A DNA stretch of 64,000 bases, taken from positions 10,807 to 74,806 of the forward strand of contig JAFGLF010000006.1 in NCBI GenBank assembly GCA_016928195.1, written 5' to 3'. Of the stretch, positions 1 to 11,700 are shown in pieces. The stretch is from Elusimicrobiota bacterium (lineage in GTDB: Bacteria; Elusimicrobiota; UBA8919). Under the pieces are notes generated by a model. That model was not told the origin of the DNA. It saw only the letters and a list, made by a program, of their open reading frames with translations, and ran no database searches. The position numbers were made by a program, and so were the translations under genes. The first letter of the stretch is position 1; each line of letters begins with the position of its first letter.

Positions 1-2
1 TT

Positions 3-1010
3 GTAGTTAACAGAAATTCTTTACCCCCACACCAATGGTTAGTTTATTGGTGTGGGGGATTTTTAAAGGTAGTAAGACCTCTAATAATGTTTTGTGCTAT
101 AAGCATTACCATTGTTTCACCCTGGTTTTTAAAAAGTTATATACATACGGGTAATCCTGTCTGGCCATTTGCATATAAAATTTTCGGCGGAGCAAATTGG
201 TCCGTCGAATATGATAAGCGGTTCGCTGTTGCTGTAAGGTCGCATGGAGCAAATAGAAGAGGCATTGTCAATTATTTTCTTTTACCTGTTAATTTTATCA
301 GGTATAGCGATGATTTCGGATATAAACCGCAGCATTTTTTTACACCGTTTTTTGTATATTTGATACTTTTTATGGTGTTTATCAGAAAAAATCCACAGCT
401 GATAAAATACCTGTTGGTTTATTCATTTATTTATTCTATTCTGTTTTTCCGAATAGGACAGGAGACAAGATTTTTACTGCCTGTACTTCCGGTTCTGAGT
501 TTAATTCTGGCTTTTTGGGTTGAACAGTTTTATATTCATAAAAAATACATATTCAGGATATGTGCTTTTTTTATAATTATTCCGCTGGTTTACAGATTCC
601 CTTTAACAAGCCATTCTCACTATAAACGGCTGCCTATGGTACTGGGTATGGAAACAAGAGAGGAATATCTGCAGAGGTCATTAGCGGTATACCCCGTATT
701 TTCATGGATGAACCGGAATCTGGGTAGTGATAGCAGAATATTGATAATAGGAGATATCAGATGTTTTTATTCTGATTTGCCCTATGTATGGAGTTGTCCT
801 GTCAGTCAGGCATATATAGATTATGATTTATGCCGTTCAGTAGACGATTTTAAAAAAAGATTAAAAGAACTGAATATAACGCATGCTGCGGTGTTCCCCT
901 ATAAGGATTTACCATGGCCTATACATGTAAAGAAATTAAAGGATTCCCTTCTTAAAGAATCCCGTTTGATATATGAAAATGGAAATATGAAGGTATACAG
1001 TTTAAATTAG
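3..1010 (+). CDS. Membrane glycosyltransferase (ArnT/GT-C-like), 5'-truncated by window edge
   Basis: Frame open from position 3; multi-TM protein with TGNPVWPF and RFLLP motifs; glycan locus context. Confidence 0.6.
   Translation, partial: VVNRNSLPPHQWLVYWCGGFLKVVRPLIMFCAISITIVSPWFLKSYIHTGNPVWPFAYKIFGGANWSVEYDKRFAVAVRSHGANRRGIVNYFLLPVNFIRYSDDFGYKPQHFFTPFFVYLILFMVFIRKNPQLIKYLLVYSFIYSILFFRIGQETRFLLPVLPVLSLILAFWVEQFYIHKKYIFRICAFFIIIPLVYRFPLTSHSHYKRLPMVLGMETREEYLQRSLAVYPVFSWMNRNLGSDSRILIIGDIRCFYSDLPYVWSCPVSQAYIDYDLCRSVDDFKKRLKELNITHAAVFPYKDLPWPIHVKKLKDSLLKESRLIYENGNMKVYSLN
24..58. mobile_element. 35-bp palindromic mini-element CCCCCACACCAAT-N9-ATTGGTGTGGGGG, in frame in CDS
   Basis: 13-bp perfect inverted repeat; sibling copies at 27080-27114 and 29074-29108. 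Confidence 0.85.
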
Positions 1011-1020
1011 GAGGGACGGG

Positions 1021-1746
1021 GTGAAATCACTCGTAATAATTCCGACGTACAACGAAAAGGGAAATATAGAAAAGATTATAGGCCGGGTTTCTGAGTTAGG
1101 ATTTTATATTCTGGTTATTGATGATAATTCACCTGACGGTACTGGAAAAATATTAGATAGGTTACAAATGACAAATGACTCGCCTCGCTCAAGCGAGAGC
1201 GGAGCGGGCAAATTACAGATCATACATCGTGAAGCAAAATTGGGACTCGGGACCGCATATATTCAGGGATTTAAATGGGCTTTGGAAAGGGATTTTGACT
1301 GTATTTTCACGATGGATGCTGATTTTTCGCATAGTCCCGAATGTTTGCCGGAATTCCTGAAAAAGCTTACGGATTTTGATTTAATAGTCGGCTCCCGGTA
1401 CGTTCCTGGCGGTGGTGTGAGAAATTGGCCTATTCGCAGAAAGATAATTTCCCGCTGCGGCAATATGTATGCCAAGACTATATTACGGTTTCATGTCAAT
1501 GACTGTACAGCAGGATTTATGGGTTTCCGCCGTAAGGTTCTTGAGAAGATAGATTTGGACGGCATAAAGTCGGAGGGTTATGGATTTTTAATAGAAATGA
1601 AATACAGAACCTATAAACTTGGGTATAAAATTTTTGAATATCCCATAATTTTTACTAATAGAACTCTTGGAAAATCGAAAATCTCGAAAAATATTATATG
1701 GGAAGCGATTTTCCTTGTATGGAAATTGAAGTTAAGAATTAAATGA
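1021..1746 (+). CDS. Polyprenol monophosphomannose synthase-like GT2
   Basis: IIPTYNE, IDDNSPDGT, MDADFSH motifs; GTG start after GGAGG. Confidence 0.9.
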   Translation: MKSLVIIPTYNEKGNIEKIIGRVSELGFYILVIDDNSPDGTGKILDRLQMTNDSPRSSESGAGKLQIIHREAKLGLGTAYIQGFKWALERDFDCIFTMDADFSHSPECLPEFLKKLTDFDLIVGSRYVPGGGVRNWPIRRKIISRCGNMYAKTILRFHVNDCTAGFMGFRRKVLEKIDLDGIKSEGYGFLIEMKYRTYKLGYKIFEYPIIFTNRTLGKSKISKNIIWEAIFLVWKLKLRIK

Positions 1747-3176
1747 AAAAAAACCTGTTAATCATAATCTTCTCAATATTTGTTTTCAGTATTGTTTTTC
1801 ACATTAAAGGTATTACAAGCCCGTTGCTTGATTTTCAGTCGTGGAGGCAGACCCAGACAGCAATGGTAGCAAGAAATTATTATGAAAATGGTTTTAAATT
1901 CTTCCATCCTCAGGTTGATTGGTCCGGCAGAGAATCAAATAGGAGAGCAGGAACGGAATTCCCGGTTTTTTCTTTTCTAATTGCGTTATTATATAAAATA
2001 TTCGGTGTCCATGATATTTTAGGAAGGTTTCTCGCTGTATTTATTTCTGCATGCAGTGCTGTTTACCTGTTTCTGTTATTAAGGAAATTTTTTGAGTTCT
2101 GGTCTGCATACATTGCTTCACTAATTTTTTCTGCTATACCCATTAAAATTTATTTTACACGCACGGTCCAGCCTGAGTCACTAATGTTATTTTCGATAAT
2201 TGCCGGATTTTATTATTTTATATGCTATCTTGAAAATAGTAACATAAAGATCCATATAATACTTTCCTGGATTTTTTTAGTATTAGCACCGCTTGTAAAG
2301 CTTCCATCACTTTATATTCTGTTACCTGTTGCATATCTTTCGTATCATAAATGGGACCGGAAGTTTCTGTACCGTATTGATATCTGGTGTTTTAATGTTT
2401 TGCTAGTTCTTTGCGTGTGGATATGGTACAGATATGCTAAAAGCGGAATAGGGGTTCTTCCTTTGGAATTCAGCGGATTTTTGGCTATGCTTAAAATAAT
2501 AGGCCAGCCGCATTTCTGGACACGGAATTTCCTTTCAAGGTTTCCCGAACTTACGACAACGTATGCGGGCCTTATTTTTTTTGCAGTAGGATTCTGGAAT
2601 ATTGTTCTGAAAAAACGCCAGATTTTTTTTGGTGTATGGTTTTTTTCAGTTGTGATATATATTATTTTTATAGGGGAGTACGGATATATTCATCAGTATA
2701 CGGTATTGCATTATGCTCCGATAAATGCTGCTTTTATGGGAGCAGGCGTAGGATATTTGTGGACCAGGTTTGGAAACAGAAAAGTCAATAAAATACTTAT
2801 TATACTTCTGGTCATGTCTATTCCTATAAACAGCATTGTAAGAATAAGGAAATGGTATAGACTTGATAATTTGTGGCTTCTAAAAGCCGGAAGGATAGTA
2901 GCAGAACTGAGTAGCCCCAAGGATTTGTTTTTATGCAATACAAGAGGGCCCAGGGATCTTTACCATATTCACCGTAAGGGTTTTCAGACAGATATCAGAA
3001 TAGAGAGGTTAGAACGAATCAAGAATATTATTAAAAAGGATGTAAGTTTTTTTCTGACTGCAACGAATGAAAGATGGACTGATAATCAATCAGTGAGCCG
3101 GTATTTTCTGAAAAATTATCCTATAGCTTACAGGGATGAGAAATTTTTAATTTTTGATCTGAGGAAGAAAATATGA
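1743..3176 (+). CDS. GT39/ArnT-like membrane glycosyltransferase
   Basis: WRQTQTAMVARN, EFP motifs, many TM helices; ATGA overlap. Confidence 0.8.
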   Translation: MKKNLLIIIFSIFVFSIVFHIKGITSPLLDFQSWRQTQTAMVARNYYENGFKFFHPQVDWSGRESNRRAGTEFPVFSFLIALLYKIFGVHDILGRFLAVFISACSAVYLFLLLRKFFEFWSAYIASLIFSAIPIKIYFTRTVQPESLMLFSIIAGFYYFICYLENSNIKIHIILSWIFLVLAPLVKLPSLYILLPVAYLSYHKWDRKFLYRIDIWCFNVLLVLCVWIWYRYAKSGIGVLPLEFSGFLAMLKIIGQPHFWTRNFLSRFPELTTTYAGLIFFAVGFWNIVLKKRQIFFGVWFFSVVIYIIFIGEYGYIHQYTVLHYAPINAAFMGAGVGYLWTRFGNRKVNKILIILLVMSIPINSIVRIRKWYRLDNLWLLKAGRIVAELSSPKDLFLCNTRGPRDLYHIHRKGFQTDIRIERLERIKNIIKKDVSFFLTATNERWTDNQSVSRYFLKNYPIAYRDEKFLIFDLRKKI

Positions 3177-4318
3177 AAGTAGCAATTGTTCATGATTGGT
3201 TGACGGGCATGCGCGGCGGAGAAAAGTGTCTGGAAGTTTTTAGTGAGCTTTTCCCGAAAGCGACATTATTTACGCTTGTACATATGAAAGGTGTGATGTC
3301 TGATATTATTGAGAATATGGAAATCAGAACTTCTTTTCTGCAGAAATTTCCTAATATAGAAAAAAGATATAGACATTATCTGCCGTTTATGCCGAAAGCA
3401 ATAGAGCAATTTGATTTAACCGGTTACGATTTAATATTATCGTCAAGCCATTGTGTTGCCAAGGGTATAAAAGTACCAAAAGACTCTCTTCATATATGTT
3501 ACTGCTACACGCCGATGAGATATATATGGGATATGTATGAACAGTATTTCGGCAATTCCTCTTTTCCTACTAAGATAGCGATGAAATTCCTTAGACCATA
3601 TCTCCAGAAATGGGATGTGAAAAGTTCAAAGAGTGTGAAGTACTTTATTGCAATTTCTGATAATGTAAAGGAACGGATAAAAAGACATTATAACCGTGGT
3701 TCAATAGTAATCTATCCCCCGGTAGATACAGATTTCTATACTCCAACTACTGCCTATGGTTCGACATGCTCACCATCCCGAGCAAAGTCGAGGGACTCCC
3801 TACTGCCTACTCCCTATTATTTGATTGTTTCTGCATTTGCGCCGTATAAAAGAGTTGATTTGGCAATAGAAACGTTTAATATTTTAGGATATCCTTTGAA
3901 AATAATAGGCCGTGGTCAAAATGAAAGGAAGCTGAAAAAAATTGCAAGAAAAAATATTGAGTTTTTGGGTTGGCGGGACAATAATGAATTAAAAAAATAT
4001 TACCAAAATTGTAAAGCTTTAGTTTTTTCCGGCGAAGAAGACTTTGGAATTGTTCCTGTTGAAGCACAGTCCTGTGGTAAACCGGTGATTGCTTATAAAA
4101 AAGGAGGGGCACTAGAGACAATAGTTGACAGAGAAACCGGTATTTTCTTTGAAAATCAGACAGTTGAGTCGCTCATTAATACTATAAAAAAATTTGAAAA
4201 TATAAAATTTGCTGGAAATGTAATCAGAAATAATGCTTTGAAATTCAGCAGAAAGTCTTTTAAGGATAAGATTGCTGAATTTATTCAGTCCAAAATAAGC
4301 GAAAAAGGTTTTAAATAA
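3173..4318 (+). CDS. Glycosyltransferase family 4
   Basis: HDWLTGMRGGE, EDFGIVPVEAQ motifs. Confidence 0.9.
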   Translation: MKVAIVHDWLTGMRGGEKCLEVFSELFPKATLFTLVHMKGVMSDIIENMEIRTSFLQKFPNIEKRYRHYLPFMPKAIEQFDLTGYDLILSSSHCVAKGIKVPKDSLHICYCYTPMRYIWDMYEQYFGNSSFPTKIAMKFLRPYLQKWDVKSSKSVKYFIAISDNVKERIKRHYNRGSIVIYPPVDTDFYTPTTAYGSTCSPSRAKSRDSLLPTPYYLIVSAFAPYKRVDLAIETFNILGYPLKIIGRGQNERKLKKIARKNIEFLGWRDNNELKKYYQNCKALVFSGEEDFGIVPVEAQSCGKPVIAYKKGGALETIVDRETGIFFENQTVESLINTIKKFENIKFAGNVIRNNALKFSRKSFKDKIAEFIQSKISEKGFK

Positions 4319-4327
4319 AAAGACCTC

Positions 4328-4387
4328 ATCTGTGTAATCTTGTCTGTTATCTGTGTAATCAGAGATTACTGGGTTTTAGTAATCTCT
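4328..4387. repeat. ATCTGTGTAATC repeats followed by AGAGATTACT/AGTAATCTCT palindrome
   Basis: Direct reading; same units at 16874-16955, 38441-38510, 41057-41141, 61324-61407. Confidence 0.75.
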
Positions 4388-4396
4388 AAAAAGATA

Positions 4397-4425
4397 TTGA
4401 CGAAAATCCGAAAAACTGATATAAT
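4397..4425 (+). promoter_or_regulatory. sigma70-type promoter
   Basis: TTGACG-17 bp-TATAAT with extended TG; 9 nt before ATG. Confidence 0.7.
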
Positions 4426-4434
4426 AACAAAATT

Positions 4435-5802
4435 ATGAGATCAAAAATCAGAAGAATTATTTTTCCGATAGTGCTTTTCTTGGCAGATATATTTGCTGTT
4501 TATTTTTCTTTTATTTTTGCATATTGGTTAAGGTTTTATTCCAACTGGGTCCCTGTTGCACGCGGTATCCCTCCGTTTGAACTGTACCATACCGCAATAA
4601 TAGTTGTAATATTCTTATGGGAGATAATTTTTATTTATTCTGGATTTTACAGTGAGAGAAAAATAGATGTGATTAATGAGTATCTTAGAATTCTGAAGGG
4701 TGTATTCATAGGCACCGTAATAATTGCAGCTATTACGTTTTTATACCGCGAATTTACCTTTTCGCGGTTAATGCTTGCAATAGCTTTTGCTATCAGCACA
4801 ATTATAATTTTTGTTTTTCATGAAATAATAAGAATAATGGACATTTACTTAGGGAATCTTTTATTGGGGACGCATAAGATTCTTGTTCTTGGAAGCGGAA
4901 GAGTTGCAGAAGATATCCAGAAAATATTGAAAAAGAAAAGGAATTTCGAAGTCCATCATTCGCACTTTAGTGATTTGGAACATCTTAGAAATTTTATAAA
5001 TGCCTATGCTATTAACGAGGTCATATTTTCAAAAAGTCAGACAGCCCATAAGGAGATTATTAAGGTCGCGAATATATGTGAGGATTTTGGTATTGATTTT
5101 AGATTTGTACCTGACATTTTAGAATTGAGCCGGGGTGAGATAGTAATTGATGAGTTCCTTGGGATTCCGGTTTTCCGGCTAAAAGCAACATCGCTATATG
5201 GTTGGAGTTTTTTTGCAAAAAGGCTCTTGGATATATCGTTTTCATTATTTGTACTCATGTTTACCATAGTTCCGCTTTTAATTATAGCACTGATAATAAA
5301 ACTTGAAGATGGTGGACCGGTTTTCTACGAACATAAAAGGAAAGGATACAGAGGGGGGGATTTTAATTTCCTTAAGTTCAGGACAATGGTTGTCAATGCA
5401 GACCAGATTTTAGATGAGATAAAACATCTTTCAGAGAGATCCGGTCCTGTATTTAAAATGAAAAATGACCCGCGTATAACGAAGATTGGAAAGTTTTTAA
5501 GGAAATTTTCCCTTGATGAAATGCCGCAGTTTATAAATGTTCTAAAAGGTGATATGTCCATAGTCGGTCCGCGCCCGCAGGTTTTGTGGGAAGCTGCCCA
5601 TTACGATGAGTTTGCAAAACGGCGCTTGAAAGTACTTCCTGGTATTACAGGTCTCTGGCAGGTTCGCGGAAGAAGCGATCTTTCTTATGAAGAGATGATC
5701 AGCCTGGATATTTATTATCTTGAAAACTGGTCGGTAGCATTGGATATAAGAATAATTTTAAGTACTGTACCTGCTATTATGTCTCAAAAAGGTGCATACT
5801 AA
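4435..5802 (+). CDS. Undecaprenyl-phosphate sugar phosphotransferase (WcaJ/WbaP family)
   Basis: N-terminal TMs; KFRTM, DPRIT, SLDEMPQ, GDMSIVGPRP, PGITGLWQV. Confidence 0.92.
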   Translation: MRSKIRRIIFPIVLFLADIFAVYFSFIFAYWLRFYSNWVPVARGIPPFELYHTAIIVVIFLWEIIFIYSGFYSERKIDVINEYLRILKGVFIGTVIIAAITFLYREFTFSRLMLAIAFAISTIIIFVFHEIIRIMDIYLGNLLLGTHKILVLGSGRVAEDIQKILKKKRNFEVHHSHFSDLEHLRNFINAYAINEVIFSKSQTAHKEIIKVANICEDFGIDFRFVPDILELSRGEIVIDEFLGIPVFRLKATSLYGWSFFAKRLLDISFSLFVLMFTIVPLLIIALIIKLEDGGPVFYEHKRKGYRGGDFNFLKFRTMVVNADQILDEIKHLSERSGPVFKMKNDPRITKIGKFLRKFSLDEMPQFINVLKGDMSIVGPRPQVLWEAAHYDEFAKRRLKVLPGITGLWQVRGRSDLSYEEMISLDIYYLENWSVALDIRIILSTVPAIMSQKGAY

Positions 5803-5887
5803 GAAAGTCAAGTTTAGAATTAAAAGTTTAAAGTTAAAAATTTTTACTAATAAATTTAAAATAAAAAATCATTATTGGAGGGGCGGG

Positions 5888-6910
5888 GTGAAAGCAATAA
5901 TTTTAATAGGCGGATTGGGTACCCGGTTGCGGCCTTTAACCTGCAACACACCCAAACCCTTGCTTCCTGTAATCAATAAACCATTTTTACTTTACCAGAT
6001 AGAACTTATTAAAAAGTACGGTATAAAAGATGTTATTTTATGTATGGCATATTTACCGTCTGAATTTAAAAAGTATTTCGGTAACGGTAAAAAATTCGGT
6101 GTAAGAATTTCTTATGCAATAGAGAAAAATCCGCTTGGCACCGGCGGGGCAATTAAAAATGCTGAAAAATTTGTAAGGGGCCCGGTTCTTGTTTTTAACG
6201 GCGATGTTTTGACTGACCTGAACCTGGCAAAACTTATAAAAGTTCATAAAGCAAAAAAAGCAAAGGCAACTATTACACTTGTCCATGTAAAAGACCCTAC
6301 CAGTTATGGTCTTGTCGAAACCACAAAAAGCGGTAAAATCCTGCGGTTTTTGGAAAAACCTTCTTTTAATCAGATTACCTGCAATACAATAAATGCCGGA
6401 ACCTATATTTTTGAACCTGAGATATTTGAAAAGATTCCTCCTGGAATTGTATATTCCGTTGAAAGAGAGGTTTTTCCGACATTGCTTTGTGAAAAAATCC
6501 CGTTTTATACATACACCCATTCCGGTTATTGGATAGATATAGGTACAGTCGAAAAGTATTTACAGGTTCATTCTGATATAATGAATAAAATGAGAGAAAA
6601 TATTTTGGGAAAAAAATCAAAAGTTGATAAAAGAATCAAGATTTTCGGAAGACTGGTTATGGGAAACGGCTCTAAAATCGGCAGGGATACAATGGTTATA
6701 GGTAATGTTTGTATAGGGAATAATGTTAATGTCGGAAGCAATTGTTATCTTTCGGATTGTGTTATTTTGGATGGAAGCCGGATAGATGACGGCACTAAAA
6801 TTGAAGAATCATTGGTTGGCAGGGATTGTATGGTCGAAAAGAATGTTCAGCTTCACGACGGCTGTGCAATCGGAGATAAAACAGTTATTAAAGGGTATAG
6901 TAAATTATAA
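5888..6910 (+). CDS. NDP-sugar synthase (mannose-1-phosphate guanylyltransferase-like)
   Basis: GGLGTRLRPLT..PKP, NGD, C-terminal beta-helix; GTG 5888 follows GGAGG (frame is open from 5792). Confidence 0.88.
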   Translation: MKAIILIGGLGTRLRPLTCNTPKPLLPVINKPFLLYQIELIKKYGIKDVILCMAYLPSEFKKYFGNGKKFGVRISYAIEKNPLGTGGAIKNAEKFVRGPVLVFNGDVLTDLNLAKLIKVHKAKKAKATITLVHVKDPTSYGLVETTKSGKILRFLEKPSFNQITCNTINAGTYIFEPEIFEKIPPGIVYSVEREVFPTLLCEKIPFYTYTHSGYWIDIGTVEKYLQVHSDIMNKMRENILGKKSKVDKRIKIFGRLVMGNGSKIGRDTMVIGNVCIGNNVNVGSNCYLSDCVILDGSRIDDGTKIEESLVGRDCMVEKNVQLHDGCAIGDKTVIKGYSKL

Positions 6911-6994
6911 ATACAAATTACACGAATGATAACGAATAACACGAATACTTTTGTTCGTGAGATTCGAATTTTTAATTCGTGACATTCGGGAATT
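6911..6994. repeat. Periodic inverted-repeat hairpin (CGAAT units then ATTCG units)
   Basis: Fills the intergenic gap; 5' arm nearly identical to that of 18561-18646 read on the - strand. Confidence 0.85.
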
Positions 6995-6997
6995 ATC

Positions 6998-7324
6998 ATG
7001 AAGATTGTTAAAAAGCCTTGGGGATATGAGAAGTGGTTTGCAGTTGCAGAAAAATACGTTGGGAAAATTCTTTTTATAAAAAAAGGACGTCGTTTAAGCA
7101 AACAGTACCATAAGGTAAAACACGAGACTATTTATACTTTTAAAGGCAGATATATTATGGAGCTGGCTAAAGGTAAAAAATTGATGAAACAAGGGAGTGT
7201 AATTGTTATACCGCCAAAAAGAATTCATAGAATGTATGCAAAATTTTGCGATGTAATGCTTATTGAGGTATCGACACCGCAGGTTAAAGATGTTGTAAGA
7301 CTGGAAGATGATTATGGGCGGTAA
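6998..7324 (+). CDS. Cupin, mannose-6-phosphate isomerase type II-like
   Basis: KPWG, LSKQYH..KHE, HR, EVSTP..DVVRLEDDYGR. Confidence 0.85.
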   Translation: MKIVKKPWGYEKWFAVAEKYVGKILFIKKGRRLSKQYHKVKHETIYTFKGRYIMELAKGKKLMKQGSVIVIPPKRIHRMYAKFCDVMLIEVSTPQVKDVVRLEDDYGR

Positions 7325-8807
7325 CTCGATAAATATAAACTTTGGAACCGACGGATGGCGCGGTATTATAGCAAAAGATTTCACGTTTAAAAATGTTAGA
7401 ATTGTTTCCCATGCAATAGCAGACTATATAAAATCAGGCAGTAGGCAGCAGGCAGTAGGCAGTAGCCTACACCCTACACCCTATACCCTATACCCTGCCG
7501 TAGTAGTCGGTTATGACAATCGCTTTCTTTCCGAGAAATTTGCAGCAGAAGTCGCTAAAGTTATTTCTGCAAATGCTATAGATGTACACATTTCACAAAC
7601 AGCGGTAACCTCTCCATCAGTTTCTCAGTACTGTCAAAAAAATAATTGTATCGGAATAATGGTAACTGCAAGTCATAATCCTTCGGTATGGAACGGATTG
7701 AAGATTAAAATGGAGTATGGCGGTTCTGTAACTGAAGAAGTTATAAATACTATTTCGTTAAATCTTTATAAAAATAGCGTAAAAATCAGTCCTGATACCG
7801 CAGGGCGGAATATAAAAACAGTTGATATTCTGAAGGGATATAAAAAACATCTTAAGGCACTTATAAAAATAGGTTCAGGTATAAAATCAAGGGTTATTAT
7901 TGATTCAATGTGCGGCAGCGGTTTGGGTATTTTTGAACAGATATATAAAGGGAAAGTATGTTCTATTCGCAACTACAGAGATCCGTTGTTCCCAGGATTT
8001 AACCCGGAACCAATAGAAAAGAACTTGCATGAACTGAAAAAAGAAGTATTAAAGAATAAAGCTGCTGCCGGATTTGCTTTGGATGGTGATGCTGACCGTC
8101 TCGGAGTTATTGATGATAAAGGCCGTTTTTTGCCTCCTCATATTGTATTCCCTTTGATTTTATTATATCTTTTTGAGTATAAAAAGTTAAAAGGAAAAGT
8201 TGTTCAGACGATTTCCCTTGGATATCTTTCCGAACGTATCGCAAAGAAATATTCTCTTCCGTTTGAAGAGGTGCCTGTCGGTTTTAAGTACATATGTGAA
8301 AAGATGTTAAAAGAGGATGTTTTGCTGGGCGGAGAAGAATCCGGCGGGTATGGATGGAAAGGCGGGATACCTGAAAGAGATGGTGTGCTGAATGCACTGC
8401 TGCTAACGGAAATGATGGTGAATTTAAAAAAGAAACTTTCATTTTTAGTGGATGACTTACAAAGAAGATTTGGCAAATCATTTTTTATGAGGAGAGATAT
8501 CAAACTTTCTAATCCGGTAGATAAACAAAAATTTACCGAAGAAATAAAGAAAAAAATTCGTAATAATTCGGGTTTTAATTCGTCTGCCTCGCCGTCGTCA
8601 GGCGGGTGTCAATTCGTATCTTCTGTTGCAGAAATCAGAACATATGATGGTATAAAAATAATTTTTAATCCGCCGGAGGCGGGGTGGCTTTTACTCAGGC
8701 CTTCGGGAACCGAACCGGTTCTAAGAACCTATTCGGAAACCTGTTCAATAGCCAGGACAAAAAAACTTCTTGATTTCGCGGAAAAAATTTGCTTTAATAT
8801 AACATAA
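7308..8807 (+). CDS. Phosphoglucomutase/phosphomannomutase
   Basis: FGTDGWRG, TASHNP, DGDADR, GEESGG, RPSGTEP. Confidence 0.93.
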   Translation: MIMGGNSININFGTDGWRGIIAKDFTFKNVRIVSHAIADYIKSGSRQQAVGSSLHPTPYTLYPAVVVGYDNRFLSEKFAAEVAKVISANAIDVHISQTAVTSPSVSQYCQKNNCIGIMVTASHNPSVWNGLKIKMEYGGSVTEEVINTISLNLYKNSVKISPDTAGRNIKTVDILKGYKKHLKALIKIGSGIKSRVIIDSMCGSGLGIFEQIYKGKVCSIRNYRDPLFPGFNPEPIEKNLHELKKEVLKNKAAAGFALDGDADRLGVIDDKGRFLPPHIVFPLILLYLFEYKKLKGKVVQTISLGYLSERIAKKYSLPFEEVPVGFKYICEKMLKEDVLLGGEESGGYGWKGGIPERDGVLNALLLTEMMVNLKKKLSFLVDDLQRRFGKSFFMRRDIKLSNPVDKQKFTEEIKKKIRNNSGFNSSASPSSGGCQFVSSVAEIRTYDGIKIIFNPPEAGWLLLRPSGTEPVLRTYSETCSIARTKKLLDFAEKICFNIT

Positions 8808-8808
8808 A

Positions 8809-8908
8809 CAACGCAAATATACGCGAATAAGAAAAAACAACGCGAATACACACAAATAATTAGAGACAATTAGCGTGAGATTTGCGACCATTCGCGTTAT
8901 AGCGAAGC
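8809..8908. repeat. Periodic inverted-repeat hairpin (ACGCGAAT/ATTCGCGT) ending in GCGAAGC
   Basis: Direct reading; same units at 11491-11620, 19737-19832, 50230-50294. Confidence 0.8.
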
Positions 8909-8923
8909 GATTAGGAGGGAAAA

Positions 8924-10120
8924 ATGTTTGGTGGTAATTATGTTTTTACATCAGAGTCGGTAACCGAAGGACATCCGGACAAGGTTTGTGATCAGATTTC
9001 AGATGCGGTATTGGATGAGGTTTACAAAAAGGATCCGCCGTTGAAAAACAATTTCAGGTGCAGGGTTGCCTGTGAGACGTACATAACAGTGGGGCTTTTA
9101 ATAGTAGGCGGTGAGATTACCACTGAGGCGTATATTGATGTACAGGATCTTGCCAGGAACGTGATTAAGGATATCGGATATACCCATGTAAAATACGGGT
9201 TCAATTATCAGACCTGCGGTATACTCAATGCGATAGGCCGCCAGTCCCCAGATATTTCACAGGGGGTCGGCAGAAAAGGGAAAAAGATCGGTGCCGGTGA
9301 CCAGGGGCTTATGATTGGTTATGCATGTAATGAAACCAAGGAACTTATGCCTCTTCCTATAACATTAGCCCAGGAATTAACATTACGTCTTGCACAGGTA
9401 AGGAAGAAAAATATTCTGAAGTATATCGGACCTGACGGTAAATCACAGGCTACAGTTAGATATGAAGACGGTAAGCCGGTTTCAGTAGAAAAAATTGTTA
9501 TTTCGACCCAGCATACCGAGGATTCGGTGGATAAAAAAACCGGGAATCTTGCCAAGTGGGCAAAGGATGAAATAATTGAGACTGTTATTCTGCCGATAGT
9601 TCCAAAGAAGCTTTTAAAAAAGTTTAGTTTTAAGAAAGATTGTTATATTAATCCGACAGGAAGATTCGTTGTCGGCGGTCCGCAATCCGATACGGGTATG
9701 ACAGGCAGGAAGATTATTGTTGATACATATGGCGGTATGGCACCTCACGGCGGCGGAGCATTTTCCGGAAAGGATCCTACAAAGGTTGACCGGTCTGCAT
9801 GTTATATGGCAAGATATATTGCAAAGAATATAGTCGCTGCCGGCCTTGCAGACAAGTGTATGATAGAGCTTGCATATGCGATAGGTGTGGCTGAACCTGT
9901 TTCAATAATGGTAGATTCTCTCGGTACCGGAGTTTCGGATGAAAAACTCGAAAAAGCAGTAAGAAGAGTATTTGATTTGACCCCCAGAGGTATCATTGAA
10001 ATGCTTGAACTGCATAGACCGATTTACTGTCAGACAGCTGCCTACGGTCATTTTGGAAGAAAAGAATTCAGATGGGAAAAAACAGACAAAGCAGCAGCAT
10101 TAAAAGCAGCAATAAAATAA
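8924..10120 (+). CDS. metK: S-adenosylmethionine synthetase
   Basis: [35 protein letters not shown]. Confidence 0.98.
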   Translation: MFGGNYVFTSESVTEGHPDKVCDQISDAVLDEVYKKDPPLKNNFRCRVACETYITVGLLIVGGEITTEAYIDVQDLARNVIKDIGYTHVKYGFNYQTCGILNAIGRQSPDISQGVGRKGKKIGAGDQGLMIGYACNETKELMPLPITLAQELTLRLAQVRKKNILKYIGPDGKSQATVRYEDGKPVSVEKIVISTQHTEDSVDKKTGNLAKWAKDEIIETVILPIVPKKLLKKFSFKKDCYINPTGRFVVGGPQSDTGMTGRKIIVDTYGGMAPHGGGAFSGKDPTKVDRSACYMARYIAKNIVAAGLADKCMIELAYAIGVAEPVSIMVDSLGTGVSDEKLEKAVRRVFDLTPRGIIEMLELHRPIYCQTAAYGHFGRKEFRWEKTDKAAALKAAIK

Positions 10121-10153
10121 ATAGTGATATAAAAATAAACCCAGCCCCTCTGA

Positions 10154-11488
<1,335 letters not shown>

Positions 11489-11490
11489 CA

Positions 11491-11620
11491 GAACGCGAAT
11501 ACACGCGAATAGAAAAGGAAACGCAAATTAACGCGAATGAAACAGACATAGATATTCGTCCGCCGCGGCGGAGTAATTCGGTCTTTAATTTGTGGTAATT
11601 TGTGTTTCGTATGTATGTGC
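11491..11620. repeat. ACGCGAAT periodic hairpin with nested TCCGCCGCGGCGGA palindrome
   Basis: Direct reading. Confidence 0.8.
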
Positions 11621-11630
11621 AAAATTCACA

Positions 11631-11659
11631 TTGACAAGAATGTGGATATTTGTTATAAG
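11631..11659 (+). promoter_or_regulatory. sigma70-type promoter
   Basis: TTGACA-17 bp-TATAAG with extended TG. Confidence 0.55.
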
Positions 11660-11700
11660 AAATATTAAAGCCGGCTTTCTTAAGAAATGAGGAGGTGCGT

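Noticed and set aside
8808-8923. SAM riboswitch upstream of metK
   Set aside because: No SAM-I/II core motifs seen; region is a periodic repeat hairpin.
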